From positions 2,041 to 66,040 of IMG/VR virus record IMGVR_UViG_3300023174_000162: 64,000 nucleotides of DNA. One strand, 5' to 3'. Each line of letters begins with the position of its first letter. Position 1 is the first letter of the stretch. The DNA is from a virus (lineage: Duplodnaviria; Caudoviricetes). Under the pieces are notes generated by a model, which did no database searches, was not told where the DNA came from, and saw only the letters and a program-made list of their open reading frames with translations. The translations under genes and the position numbers were made by a program. This document shows, in pieces, positions 40,541 to 49,805 of the stretch.

Positions 40541-41655
40541 TATGTGAATGCCTTCAAAATAACCGTGTCTTCATTGAGACGGCCATTTAAAGTGGCTGCC
40601 TTTCCATTTATGTTTTCTAAAAATTTACGAAGTGTAACTTTGTTTGCATTTGTAAATTCATTAAGCTGAATTTCAGGTTTACGAAGAGTCTTATGTATCG
40701 ATAGCTCTTCATTATAGTTGATGATCGTAGTTCCTTTAATAGACAGCGTCTGATTAGGACCAGCGATGTACACACCCAGCTTTCTGTACTTAGTATTATA
40801 TATCCAAACTGATTGTGCTCCAACGATAGAAGTTGGATCCGTACTAACAAGTTTCAACTCAGGGAATGATTTACAGAACTTCACCTTAGTCGTAAGCTGT
40901 GATGCTGATTTAACTTTAGCTTTACGTGGCTTACGTACCTTCATAGCTTTAACGTTCTGTGTATACTTCTTAGTAGACGTAAGAATGTTCTCTACGAATC
41001 CTATAAACTTCTTTAGATCAGTACGCTTGAAATTGCTATAACCTTCTACTAACTGTTCATCTGCTTTTTCATACGTAAGTAGCAATTCACTTAGAAGATT
41101 AGAATACGTATCCTCGATATACTTTGCAACTGCAGGTGTTGCTTGATTTAGTTGCATGCATTCATATACATCAAATTCCCAGTTGCGTTCATCGATACAA
41201 AAATCAATGTCGTTGATAATGACTAATGCTTTTTTTGCGCCTGAATCTACTTTAGGAACTGGTGGTTGTACTTCTTCTTTATCAGCAAGAAGTACTTCTT
41301 TGCCGCGTTCTATGCATCGATCGAGGTCAGCTTTAAGATTGATGATAGCACTTTTAGACAATGCAACTTCACCACTTTTATTGATGACAGCTGCAAGTTT
41401 AGCGGAGGTCATAGGTAATCTCCAATCCTCACACGCATTGAATTGAAGAATATTATCTTTGGAATATCCAGACTTTCTCATGAACGTAATGATATGTTTT
41501 TCTAAATCTTTACGTGAGAAGCTGTTGTAGAATGTTAGAGCATTGATCAATTCCATCTTTGTCATTTCACGATCATATTGACGCTCTTTACCATAGATCT
41601 TTGCATCTATAGCTGCTGCTTTTTCTTGATTACTCTTGGGTTTTCTTGTAGCCAT
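40540..41655 (-). CDS. Conserved T4-like hypothetical protein
   Basis: EQLVEGYS, YNTKYRKL, KTLRKPE, NGRLNE. Confidence 0.8.
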   Translation of the reverse strand: MATRKPKSNQEKAAAIDAKIYGKERQYDREMTKMELINALTFYNSFSRKDLEKHIITFMRKSGYSKDNILQFNACEDWRLPMTSAKLAAVINKSGEVALSKSAIINLKADLDRCIERGKEVLLADKEEVQPPVPKVDSGAKKALVIINDIDFCIDERNWEFDVYECMQLNQATPAVAKYIEDTYSNLLSELLLTYEKADEQLVEGYSNFKRTDLKKFIGFVENILTSTKKYTQNVKAMKVRKPRKAKVKSASQLTTKVKFCKSFPELKLVSTDPTSIVGAQSVWIYNTKYRKLGVYIAGPNQTLSIKGTTIINYNEELSIHKTLRKPEIQLNEFTNANKVTLRKFLENINGKAATLNGRLNEDTVILKAFT

Positions 41656-41683
41656 AATGTGTCCTTATTCAATTTGAATAAAC

Positions 41684-41713
41684 ATTATAACATAAGGGCC
41701 AAAAAATGTACAC
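41684..41713 (-). promoter_or_regulatory. Early-type promoter
   Basis: GTGTAC-N18-TATAAT. Confidence 0.7.
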
Positions 41714-41763
41714 CGTTTCTTTTTGACAACTATTTTGTTCTATTGACAACGACTTTATTAAAG

Positions 41764-41855
41764 TGGCAGAGAGTGTGGGATTCGAACCCACGGACCAATT
41801 TTTATCAGTCGACGGTTTAGCAAACCGTTGATTTAAGCCACTCATCCAACTCTCC
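41764..41855 (-). tRNA. tRNA-Ser(GCT)
   Basis: Cloverleaf with long variable arm, loop TTGCTAA, CCA encoded. Confidence 0.93.
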
Positions 41856-41856
41856 A

Positions 41857-42498
41857 CTATTCATTCATTAGATCATCAACGAAATTTAAAAGATATTGCT
41901 GATGAGTGTTATGATGCCAATGCTTTCTCATCCAAGTATAATTATCATACCAACTTTTCTGACTTTCAGGATGACATCCTATTAATCCAACTTTACCTTG
42001 TATGATAGCCATAGCATCACCATTTGGATATGTGGCTATAGTCTCATATTCACCATCTCCTGTAAATGCACATCCATCGTAGAAGAACATATTTTGGGAA
42101 TAACCATTCCATGATATAGGCATCGCTTTAGCATGAGGACGTCTAGTGCATGTGTTAGGTCTAGTTATGTATTGCTCGGCTTTGACAGAGTCAAGTATGT
42201 CAAAATAATCAGATCCCGCCCAATATGCTCCCATGCATATACCCAAGTAATGCCCACCGTTATTAACGAAGCTACGGATGCGTTCAACATGAGATCTAAG
42301 TAGATAATTCCAGCTATCGGCATCGCCAACACCACCAGGAAAAGCAACCATATCAACATCATCAAAAAAATCATCTTCTAACTCCTGTTTGGTAAAAATT
42401 TTAAAGTCATAGTGCGGTGTAAGAGCTTGCATTATACCATTCACCGACTGAATCGAGCACTTTGGCTGATGAACGAATAAAGCAATTTTACGACGCAT
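41857..42498 (-). CDS. Class I glutamine amidotransferase-like (BPL_N-like) protein
   Basis: FPGG, YLGICMGAY, GCHPE. Confidence 0.8.
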   Translation of the reverse strand: MRRKIALFVHQPKCSIQSVNGIMQALTPHYDFKIFTKQELEDDFFDDVDMVAFPGGVGDADSWNYLLRSHVERIRSFVNNGGHYLGICMGAYWAGSDYFDILDSVKAEQYITRPNTCTRRPHAKAMPISWNGYSQNMFFYDGCAFTGDGEYETIATYPNGDAMAIIQGKVGLIGCHPESQKSWYDNYTWMRKHWHHNTHQQYLLNFVDDLMNE

Positions 42499-43057
42499 AA
42501 TTACCAATTATCTCCTTAAATCCAACTGTTCCACCTTGCTCTTGTATCTTCTTGATTGCATCTTCAAACAAGATAGGTCTAAAGTCTGTTTGCTCTACAC
42601 ATACACAATAATATCGAGGATCAATTTCACCTGATTCATTTAGTACTCTATTACTATGAGTATGACCATGAATGTTAGTTCCAAATCGATATAGCGCGGA
42701 TGGATGAAGAGGTATATGAGAAAGAATCATACCATTCATTACATGATATCCACGGACATCTTTAAAGAAAGGAGTATATTCTTCTAGTTTAAAGATATCA
42801 TGATTACCTTTAATGAGAACTTTTTCACCGTTCAAAAGACCCAGTATCTTCAAAGCTTTACGATTAATGACTACATCACCAAGATGATATACCTTATCTT
42901 TAGGACGAACAGTATCATTCCAACGTCTCACCATCTCCTCATCCATATCAGCTGGATCATCCCATGGACGAAGCTTAGTGACACCATCATTCCTCATGAA
43001 CTTGCAAACTCCCGCATGACCAAAATGTGAATCACTTGTAAGAAAAACTGCTGGCAT
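42488..43057 (-). CDS. Metallophosphoesterase
   Basis: SDSHFGH, HLGD, GNHD, NIHGHTH. Confidence 0.9.
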   Translation of the reverse strand: MPAVFLTSDSHFGHAGVCKFMRNDGVTKLRPWDDPADMDEEMVRRWNDTVRPKDKVYHLGDVVINRKALKILGLLNGEKVLIKGNHDIFKLEEYTPFFKDVRGYHVMNGMILSHIPLHPSALYRFGTNIHGHTHSNRVLNESGEIDPRYYCVCVEQTDFRPILFEDAIKKIQEQGGTVGFKEIIGNYAS

Positions 43058-43245
43058 TACCATCCACCTTCGCTATGTTGCATTAGATAACTATATACGC
43101 TTTCATGATCTTTAATCCATTGACCTGCAGGAGTCATATCATTAAAAGCTTTATTTGGACTACTCCACCACGTATCAGCAAGATCTTTACCTACCAGAGC
43201 AATAACCAATGCTACAGATCTTTGCTTCATAATATGTTCATTCAT
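43057..43245 (-). CDS. Small protein resembling Xre/MbcA/ParS antitoxin C-terminal domain
   Basis: ADTWWSSPNKAFNDMTP motif. Confidence 0.55.
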   Translation of the reverse strand: MNEHIMKQRSVALVIALVGKDLADTWWSSPNKAFNDMTPAGQWIKDHESVYSYLMQHSEGGW

Positions 43246-43254
43246 AATAATCCT

Positions 43255-43346
43255 TGGTGGAAGCGGTGAGATTCGAACTCACGGACCCATTTCTGAGTCG
43301 ACAGTTTTCAAGACTGTTCCGATAAACCGGACTCTGGCACGCTTCC
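43255..43346 (-). tRNA. tRNA-Ser(TGA)
   Basis: Loop CTTGAAA, long variable arm, CCA. Confidence 0.93.
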
Positions 43347-43351
43347 ATGTT

Positions 43352-43609
43352 TTAGTCAAAAACACCTACAACATCTTCTTCTGTAAGGATATAGATTGGA
43401 ATATTATCTATAGTCGTAGATGTTGCTTTGTTCCAATTAATTAAAATCGTTTCACCAACTTTTACATCTACAACATCCGGCCCAATTGCTATAACTTTTG
43501 CTTTATCAACAGTTTCTATACCTTTAGCAATATAGATTCCAGATCCTGTAGTCGTCTCACTTTTCAATTTTACTGCTGCAAGCTTTTTACCAATCGGTTT
43601 AATTTTCAT
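43352..43609 (-). CDS. groES: Co-chaperonin GroES-like protein
   Basis: MKIKPIG, TTGSGIYI, VIAIGPDV.DVKVG, EEDVVGV. Confidence 0.85.
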   Translation of the reverse strand: MKIKPIGKKLAAVKLKSETTTGSGIYIAKGIETVDKAKVIAIGPDVVDVKVGETILINWNKATSTTIDNIPIYILTEEDVVGVFD

Positions 43610-43633
43610 TCTGAATCCTTATATATGTAAAAT

Positions 43634-43708
43634 TGGTCCGGCCGCCAGGAATCAAACCTGGATCGCAAGATTAGAAGTCATGTGTACTATTCATTGTACT
43701 ACGGCCAG
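43634..43708 (-). tRNA. tRNA-Arg(TCT), atypical
   Basis: Loop CTTCTAA, CCA; mismatch in anticodon stem, T-loop TTTGA. Confidence 0.75.
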
Positions 43709-43755
43709 ATTTATAATTATAAGTCAAATGCATTAAAAAGTACAACGTTTATTTG

Positions 43756-43763
43756 TATAAATA
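43756..43763 (+). promoter_or_regulatory. Late promoter TATAAATA driving the plus-strand cluster
   Basis: Exact match upstream of 43807. Confidence 0.7.
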
Positions 43764-43806
43764 CTGATAATAGCTATATGCTATTTATTATAAAAAGGTA
43801 AACATA

Positions 43807-44028
43807 ATGTTACACAACTATCAACCTGTATTTAATATCAATATGATAATAGAAAAGCAACAAACGTTCTTATGCGAATTTGTTGATCTAAAACGTAATG
43901 GTTGGTTACATTATTCAAAAGCTTTAAACAACATGACCGGCGATTTTTGGCAGCTATGGATGGATGAAGCTGATAAGCAAGTTAGTAATCTAGCTGAAAG
44001 CATGAAGCTGACAATTAGATCTAAGTAG
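43807..44028 (+). CDS. Hypothetical protein
   Basis: RBS AAGG, follows late promoter. Confidence 0.6.
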   Translation: MLHNYQPVFNINMIIEKQQTFLCEFVDLKRNGWLHYSKALNNMTGDFWQLWMDEADKQVSNLAESMKLTIRSK

Positions 44029-44140
44029 TACCGCAGTTTATGTATACATCATCTTGAGGATTCATCCTTATCAATTGTCATTGACTTGACGTCTTGTAGT
44101 GCAATATAATTTTTAAACATACTAGAGTGGGGAGTGGGGT

Positions 44141-44311
44141 ATGAAATTCCTGAGCATCATAATGCTCCCATTGCTATTTCTTGGTTGTGAGCAGTATTAT
44201 CGTTATCCATGCCAAGATCCAGCAAAATGGGAAACCGAAGAATGTAAAAAGCCAATCTGTGAAGTGAACAGAGATTGTCCTGAGCTTATTTTTAATAAGG
44301 AGAAAAAATGA
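44141..44311 (+). CDS. Small Cys-rich lipoprotein (56 aa)
   Basis: MKFLSIIMLPLLFLGC lipobox, then YRYPCQDPAKW..ECKKPICEVNRDCPE; missing from the ORF track. Confidence 0.75.
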   Translation: MKFLSIIMLPLLFLGCEQYYRYPCQDPAKWETEECKKPICEVNRDCPELIFNKEKK

Positions 44312-44667
44312 AAAACACAAAAACTAAAACAAGTAAACCTGGAGAAAGGTATACTGAACAAGAGCTAATGGTTAGACTAAAAGTTTTCATTGGAACATGT
44401 TTAGCATGCACACTTATTGGTATCGTATTTGTAGTTCTTTATTCACTAATATTTGTAGTTCAACCTCTAGATGCAATAAGTCCAATCGACGCAAAGTTCT
44501 TTGAGTTGATTATTCCTCTTGCTACATTCTTAACTGGTACATTATCAGGTATTATGTTAGCTGGAACTGGACGTGAAGCTGCAATGGCTGGAGCAGAAAT
44601 GCAACGAAATGCCATGGCAGTAGATGAACCTCAACCAGACCCAGAACCAGAAGAAACCCAAAAGTAA
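44308..44667 (+). CDS. Two-TM membrane protein
   Basis: Two hydrophobic helices; coupled to the lipoprotein gene. Confidence 0.75.
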   Translation: MKNTKTKTSKPGERYTEQELMVRLKVFIGTCLACTLIGIVFVVLYSLIFVVQPLDAISPIDAKFFELIIPLATFLTGTLSGIMLAGTGREAAMAGAEMQRNAMAVDEPQPDPEPEETQK

Positions 44668-44671
44668 AAAC

Positions 44672-44692
44672 AAGGGGGTCTAGAACCCCCTT
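44672..44692 (+). terminator. Hairpin, possible terminator
   Basis: AAGGGGGT-CTAGA-ACCCCCTT. Confidence 0.45.
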
Positions 44693-44702
44693 ATAAACTA
44701 TC

Positions 44703-45479
44703 ATGGATCCGTTAACACTCTTTGCACTTGCTAATGGCGCAGTAAAACTTGTAAAGGAAGGTTGTAAACTTTACAAGGATATTAAAAGTGCTGCGGGCGA
44801 CGTAACAGATGTATTAAAAGATCTTGATGATCAATTTCATAACAGGTTTAAAGATCGTGCACCAACTATTGCTGAGAAAAATCAGTACGTAGAAGAAAAA
44901 AATCGCGTCATTGAACTAAATAAGAAGAAGGGTGAGACAGCCAATATCTATACAGAGATTGGTCAACATCTAGGCGTATACTTTGATAACTATTATAAGT
45001 GCTTAGCAGTATTTGAAGAAGAAGAACGCCGTAGTAAAACTGAAGTATATCATGGTGAAGACAGCGTGGGTAAACGTGCACTACAACGTGTTCTACTTCA
45101 AAAGCAATTAAAATCAATGTGGTCAGAGTTACGTGAGATTATGGTATATCAAAGTCCTCCAGAATTAGGCGCACTTTGGACAGAAGTTGAAGAAATGATG
45201 AAAATAGTTGGTAAAGAACAAACCATAGCAATTGCTCAAGAAATGCAACGTGATAGAATACGCGCAAAACAGAATGCACGAAAAAGAAAAAAACTTAAAT
45301 ACAAAATTGCGTGTTGGAGTGTAGCTACTTTATCGATAATTTATCTAATTGCATTAGTCTGGAGCGTCGTTGAAATAAGAAAAGAAGTAAAACCGGAATT
45401 AGGAAAATGCCTAATTCCGAAAGGTGCTTGGGGCTATAAGCAATATAATAACTTAAAGTGGGTAGAGTGCGAGATTTAA
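44703..45479 (+). CDS. Hypothetical coiled-coil protein with C-terminal TM
   Basis: MDPLTLFALANGAV; 258 aa. Confidence 0.75.
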   Translation: MDPLTLFALANGAVKLVKEGCKLYKDIKSAAGDVTDVLKDLDDQFHNRFKDRAPTIAEKNQYVEEKNRVIELNKKKGETANIYTEIGQHLGVYFDNYYKCLAVFEEEERRSKTEVYHGEDSVGKRALQRVLLQKQLKSMWSELREIMVYQSPPELGALWTEVEEMMKIVGKEQTIAIAQEMQRDRIRAKQNARKRKKLKYKIACWSVATLSIIYLIALVWSVVEIRKEVKPELGKCLIPKGAWGYKQYNNLKWVECEI

Positions 45480-46141
45480 GTCCATAAACTTGAGAAGTGT
45501 TTTGCAAATAGATTGATACCTTCTTGCATTCTATCCCAGTGTTTTTGACGACCTTCCCAATCGCATTCACGAGTACCAGTCGATTTTAGCTCAAACAGCT
45601 GTTCATCTTTTTTCGTGATAGGATTCCAGTGTGTTTCACCGCTTGCAATTGATTCGCACTCTCCGCGTTCACCTGTCCAATATGGATCATCCCAATTATC
45701 TTTATTATACTCTTCAAATGCCCATATCATATGATCGAGAGCTTTATTCCACTCATCTTCTGCTTGCTTGAAAAGCACATCAGCATGATCGTGAAGAGGT
45801 CCATCGCCTTTTTCAGCCCAAAACTCATTACTAGATACAAGATCACTATATTCTTTACCAAGAAATTCACATGGAACTCCATGCTTATCTTCTTTTACTT
45901 TATGAAGAAGAGGAGCAATGATCTTAGCAAGAGTATGATCAGCTGACCACGCATCATAGTTATGAATAACTATTTTTTCTTTCCGCTCGCCTCTCATCTT
46001 CTCTAGCCAAAGAAAAGGTGCAGTAGGAATTAAGATTGCAATCTTATCACGCAAGTATTCTGAGACTCCTACATATTTCAGGAGTTCTACAAGTTGATAT
46101 GGTCCAACCCAGTTTTTATATGGTCCTAGATTAACTCGCAT
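45476..46141 (-). CDS. Conserved phage hypothetical protein
   Basis: YDAWSADHTLAKII.PLL, W..ALDHMIWAF; start MRVNLG. Confidence 0.75.
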   Translation of the reverse strand: MRVNLGPYKNWVGPYQLVELLKYVGVSEYLRDKIAILIPTAPFLWLEKMRGERKEKIVIHNYDAWSADHTLAKIIAPLLHKVKEDKHGVPCEFLGKEYSDLVSSNEFWAEKGDGPLHDHADVLFKQAEDEWNKALDHMIWAFEEYNKDNWDDPYWTGERGECESIASGETHWNPITKKDEQLFELKSTGTRECDWEGRQKHWDRMQEGINLFAKHFSSLWT

Positions 46142-46304
46142 CTTCTGTCTCTTTATTTTTCTTAGTTGAAGAATGTTTACTGCCGTCAATTTGAGCTTTA
46201 ATCATTGATTCTTTAAATACATTACGACGATCTTTATCCAAGATAGTAGTCATTGCACGTTTTGTTTGTTTTGAGATCTTAAAAGTTGAATCACGACGCT
46301 GCAT
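46131..46304 (-). CDS. Small basic protein (57 aa)
   Basis: MQRRDSTFKISKQTKRAMTT...; missing from the ORF track. Confidence 0.55.
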   Translation of the reverse strand: MQRRDSTFKISKQTKRAMTTILDKDRRNVFKESMIKAQIDGSKHSSTKKNKETEDAS

Positions 46305-46305
46305 A

Positions 46306-47178
46306 TTATACCTCTACATATTTAAGTTTAAAATTATCAGCACGATCTTCATAACCATCATAGCCACGAGGATTGCACACAACACGAGTAGTACCAATCA
46401 TATAGTCAAATTCTTCATGTGTATGACCATGAGTCCACAGTTTGATCTGACGATTATTCAAGATGAACTCATTCAGATCTGAACTATAAGCACCATTTGT
46501 TACCTTCTCATCCTTATATTTAGGATGAGTACTGAACTTAGATGGAGAGTGATGTCCAACTACAACAAATGGAGTAACAGAATTATGCTCTAAACATGTG
46601 CTTAGTTTCACAAGAAATTTCTTATGATCTTCTACAGAATCTTCTGGTGTGAACTTAGCTGGACGCTCTCTAAATACGATTTTACCTCCATCATCATACA
46701 CTTTAAATGACACCATATTATGCGAATTATTGACAAGCTGAAAGTCACTCATAAAACTAGCAATTGACTTCATAGTATATCTATCTTCGTCGTTCATATC
46801 AGTCCATAGAGAACCGCCAAAGAACATATGCCCATCAATCAACATTGACTCTTTATCAAGCAAAAAGAAGTTCTCTAGATCTTTAGTTGCATTGCTGATA
46901 TAATCAAATGAATACTTGAAGTCTCCATGATAGTGCTCATGATTACCCATCACCATAAGAACCTTTTGGAATTCTGCGCAGCAGTTCTTTAGGAAGTCGT
47001 AGTATCTACGTCCTCTAGCTTCTTGTGTAGTGTAATCTGCTAGATTAGGATTGAAGTACTCGAGTTCATAAGCAATGAGAATATCCCCACCTAGGATGAG
47101 GACATCTGCATTCTCTTCGTTTTTAAGTGTCAGATCACCGAACTCGAGGTGAAGATCTGAGCACACAGCTACTTTCAT
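46306..47178 (-). CDS. Metallophosphoesterase
   Basis: SDLHLE, GGDI, GNHE, HHSPS, HGHTH, NPRGY. Confidence 0.9.
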   Translation of the reverse strand: MKVAVCSDLHLEFGDLTLKNEENADVLILGGDILIAYELEYFNPNLADYTTQEARGRRYYDFLKNCCAEFQKVLMVMGNHEHYHGDFKYSFDYISNATKDLENFFLLDKESMLIDGHMFFGGSLWTDMNDEDRYTMKSIASFMSDFQLVNNSHNMVSFKVYDDGGKIVFRERPAKFTPEDSVEDHKKFLVKLSTCLEHNSVTPFVVVGHHSPSKFSTHPKYKDEKVTNGAYSSDLNEFILNNRQIKLWTHGHTHEEFDYMIGTTRVVCNPRGYDGYEDRADNFKLKYVEV

Positions 47179-47188
47179 TGTTATTCCT

Positions 47189-47326
47189 TTAATTAAACAC
47201 TCTTTTCTTTTTTAAACGATTAGGATCTTTCATACACCAAATACAACGCTTTGATGGCGTATCATAAAAATATAGCTTACAATCAGGATACGTGTCTCCA
47301 CAATTGACACATGTATAGAGCTTCAT
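47189..47326 (-). CDS. Small zinc-finger peptide (45 aa)
   Basis: MKLYTCVNCG...RCIWC; missing from the ORF track. Confidence 0.5.
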   Translation of the reverse strand: MKLYTCVNCGDTYPDCKLYFYDTPSKRCIWCMKDPNRLKKKRVFN

Positions 47327-47339
47327 CTCTGGACCAAGA

Positions 47340-47792
47340 TCATCGTCCTGCTTTTTTGTCTTTGTCATAGATGTTCTCAGTTACAAATACTTCAAACTTC
47401 TTATCATCTGCCCATGTCTTTACGTAATCATTGTCTTCATCACAGAGCTTGATGATATGCTCTTGTGTGATCTCATGAGTACTTATAACTGTTTCACCCA
47501 ACCATTTTTGTGAGAATTCTTTTGCTTCTTTACATACGACAGTATCTTCTGCATGTTCTGCGCATTTAGCTTTCACTACATAACGCATACGATAGGTAGA
47601 AGTGCATTCAACAAGATAGTATTTTTCCTCTTCTTGTTTCTCAACTTTACGCATAGTATAAGAGCCATTTTTATTATCAATGAACTCGATGTCGTCACCA
47701 ACATTCCAACCGGCTTCCATGAGGATCTCATCAGTAAGCGGAAGAATGGTATCATCACCATCTTGAATCAAATCAATAGTATATCTTTTCAT
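47340..47792 (-). CDS. Protein with N-terminal AbrB/MazE-like domain
   Basis: ILPLTDEILMEAGWNVGDDIEF motif. Confidence 0.65.
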   Translation of the reverse strand: MKRYTIDLIQDGDDTILPLTDEILMEAGWNVGDDIEFIDNKNGSYTMRKVEKQEEEKYYLVECTSTYRMRYVVKAKCAEHAEDTVVCKEAKEFSQKWLGETVISTHEITQEHIIKLCDEDNDYVKTWADDKKFEVFVTENIYDKDKKAGR

Positions 47793-48040
47793 CCTATCCT
47801 CATCTGCAATAACTGTTTAGCTTCACGTACGGACTTAGTCTTCATTCCATTGATGACGATGTTCTTGTCAGAATAAACCAATACATTACCACCATTAAAA
47901 CGAAGCAGATAGCAATCTTTGCCATTACTATCTGTAGCTTTCTCGCTAATACGATCAAAAGAGTCTACAAAGCCACCAAATTTCAGAGTGTCTTCGAGCT
48001 CTTCAGCCGCTAGCTTACGTATATATCCAATTGGCATCAT
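47789..48040 (-). CDS. Hypothetical protein
   Basis: Follows early promoter 48046-48075; possibly leaderless. Confidence 0.6.
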   Translation of the reverse strand: MMPIGYIRKLAAEELEDTLKFGGFVDSFDRISEKATDSNGKDCYLLRFNGGNVLVYSDKNIVINGMKTKSVREAKQLLQMRIG

Positions 48041-48078
48041 AATGTATTATACTCCATATAAAGAATTAAGTACACATT

Positions 48079-48507
48079 TTATTCGTAATCGTAGTCTTCC
48101 TCTTCGTACGAAGGATTCGTTTCGATCAGAACTCTACCGAACTGGATGATGCCCTCCCAATCAGGAGTTCCACGACCACCACCAGTTACAAAATCTGTTT
48201 GAAAATCTACAATCGCACCTAAACTTTCAATGTCATAAAATGAACGTGCGCGGATATCGCGGATATCTTCAACGCGAATGCATCCAATACTACCAGAATC
48301 CACAGAGTGTTTAGTTCTGATGTTCGATCGATACTCGCCATCACCGTATACGGTACCGTACGTAGCAAATCGACGACCATCTGCAAATTGAAATTCACCA
48401 TCTAAGCATTCATTGCCCTTGATGGTTAGAGAGCAAAATTCATCCCACTCTTCATCTGTCATAACGTAGCAGAGGTCACCAATGTAGTACTTTCCAGCTT
48501 GCATCAT
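48079..48507 (-). CDS. Conserved phage hypothetical protein
   Basis: YYIGDLCYV, YGDGEY, VDSGSIG. Confidence 0.75.
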   Translation of the reverse strand: MMQAGKYYIGDLCYVMTDEEWDEFCSLTIKGNECLDGEFQFADGRRFATYGTVYGDGEYRSNIRTKHSVDSGSIGCIRVEDIRDIRARSFYDIESLGAIVDFQTDFVTGGGRGTPDWEGIIQFGRVLIETNPSYEEEDYDYE

Positions 48508-48677
48508 ACTTTTTCTCCGTAATATTGTGCATCATTATCGTATGATGCAGCCGCATAGTTCATCATCTCAAACTCCGCAGAGAACTCAGCGACCATCTCG
48601 TCATGCTGAACTTCCGCTAGAGATTCGTAGTGATCATCAGCGATGAGCTGAAGAAGGCCGTTGAGTTCGTCTATCAT
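48504..48677 (-). CDS. Small acidic protein
   Basis: Start probably MIDELN; SYDNDAQYYG. Confidence 0.55.
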   Translation of the reverse strand: MIDELNGLLQLIADDHYESLAEVQHDEMVAEFSAEFEMMNYAAASYDNDAQYYGEKV

Positions 48678-48678
48678 A

Positions 48679-49044
48679 TTACACTCCAACGTTAGTAACT
48701 TTGGAAGGTTTGCGAGAAGCTTGACGTGCTTTCTTACCAACCGGTTTTGACATCAACTTTTGCAGACGCTCTTGAACTCGAGCGATCGCTTGTTCTTTAC
48801 GAGCTTCACGTTCGACTTTCTTTTGAGCACGAATTGCTTCGCGTTCTGCTTTCTTAGCTTCACGAGCTTTGATCTTTTCGGTACGAGCAGCTTCTTTATT
48901 TGCACGAGCACTCGATTTTTCGATCTTCGCATCGTTGCGAGCTTGTTTGAGTTGAGCTTGGAAGTACTGTACATTACCACGTGCAAAATTCAGAGCTTCT
49001 TTAGCTTGAGCAAGTTCTTGCTTCAGGGATTCGATCTTAGTCAT
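48679..49044 (-). CDS. Lys/Ala/Arg/Glu-rich coiled-coil early protein
   Basis: First gene after early promoter; RBS GGAG. Confidence 0.7.
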   Translation of the reverse strand: MTKIESLKQELAQAKEALNFARGNVQYFQAQLKQARNDAKIEKSSARANKEAARTEKIKAREAKKAEREAIRAQKKVEREARKEQAIARVQERLQKLMSKPVGKKARQASRKPSKVTNVGV

Positions 49045-49121
49045 ATAATTCTCCAAAAAATTAACATAATATAAAAGTTATCAACCGAATATTTTTGCTT
49101 TGTTATTCAATCGATAGAGTA

Positions 49122-49182
49122 ATTATACCCTAAGCGCAAAAGAATGTACACTACTTTTTTCAACTGTGTACGGAATGATACA
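49122..49182 (-). promoter_or_regulatory. Early promoter cassette with 18-bp box
   Basis: TATAAT, GTGTAC, box at 49165-49182. Confidence 0.8.
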
Positions 49183-49227
49183 CTTTTGTGGTTTTGATGG
49201 TTTATTACATTCTGGAAACAATTCCGT

Positions 49228-49325
49228 GTCCTACCAGGGCCTCCTGGGGACCTCCGGGCCGGCCGGATGATAGGATATTCATCCCCCAGATGGCAAAACA
49301 CCCCAGGACTTCTCCCAGGGTGTTA
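49228..49325. repeat. GC-rich intergenic element, copy 3
   Basis: CTACCAGGGCCTCCTGGGG...CCCCAGGA; aligns with copies 1 and 2. Confidence 0.65.
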
Positions 49326-49352
49326 CTTTTTGATAATATTTCCTACCGGAAA

Positions 49353-49805
49353 CTAGTTGCTTTCTTTGTATTCGTAGATTGGTTCATCTGGAACCGTATA
49401 CGGAAAGGTCACTGGAGTCCTAGATTCAGATGAGGTGTAATACGACTTATGCTTCTCACCAGTTTCTTTATCGGTATACCATTCCCAGAACACCTTACCA
49501 TCAATATTGTATACTTTACCATCACCGTCTTTAAAAACACTGAAGCATCGTTTGTTCTGCCACAATGGACTACTACTAACATCAGAAACATTTCCCCATT
49601 CATCATCTTCACCAGTAAGTGGAGTAATGGGTTTATAAGCTAATAGACGTTTAAGAATGGAGAGTGCATAACTAGCAGAGAATCCAGAATGTCCTTCATC
49701 AGCAAACTCTTTAACCATATGAAGTAGATGTTTGTTCATCGTATCCTGCATCTCATCATCACCTAATCGTTTCAATTCATTTTCTGCAAAACTAACTAAG
49801 CTCAA
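49353..49805 (-). CDS. Conserved phage hypothetical protein
   Basis: EGHSGFSA, PLTGEDDEW, QNKRC. Confidence 0.75.
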   Translation of the reverse strand: MSLVSFAENELKRLGDDEMQDTMNKHLLHMVKEFADEGHSGFSASYALSILKRLLAYKPITPLTGEDDEWGNVSDVSSSPLWQNKRCFSVFKDGDGKVYNIDGKVFWEWYTDKETGEKHKSYYTSSESRTPVTFPYTVPDEPIYEYKESN

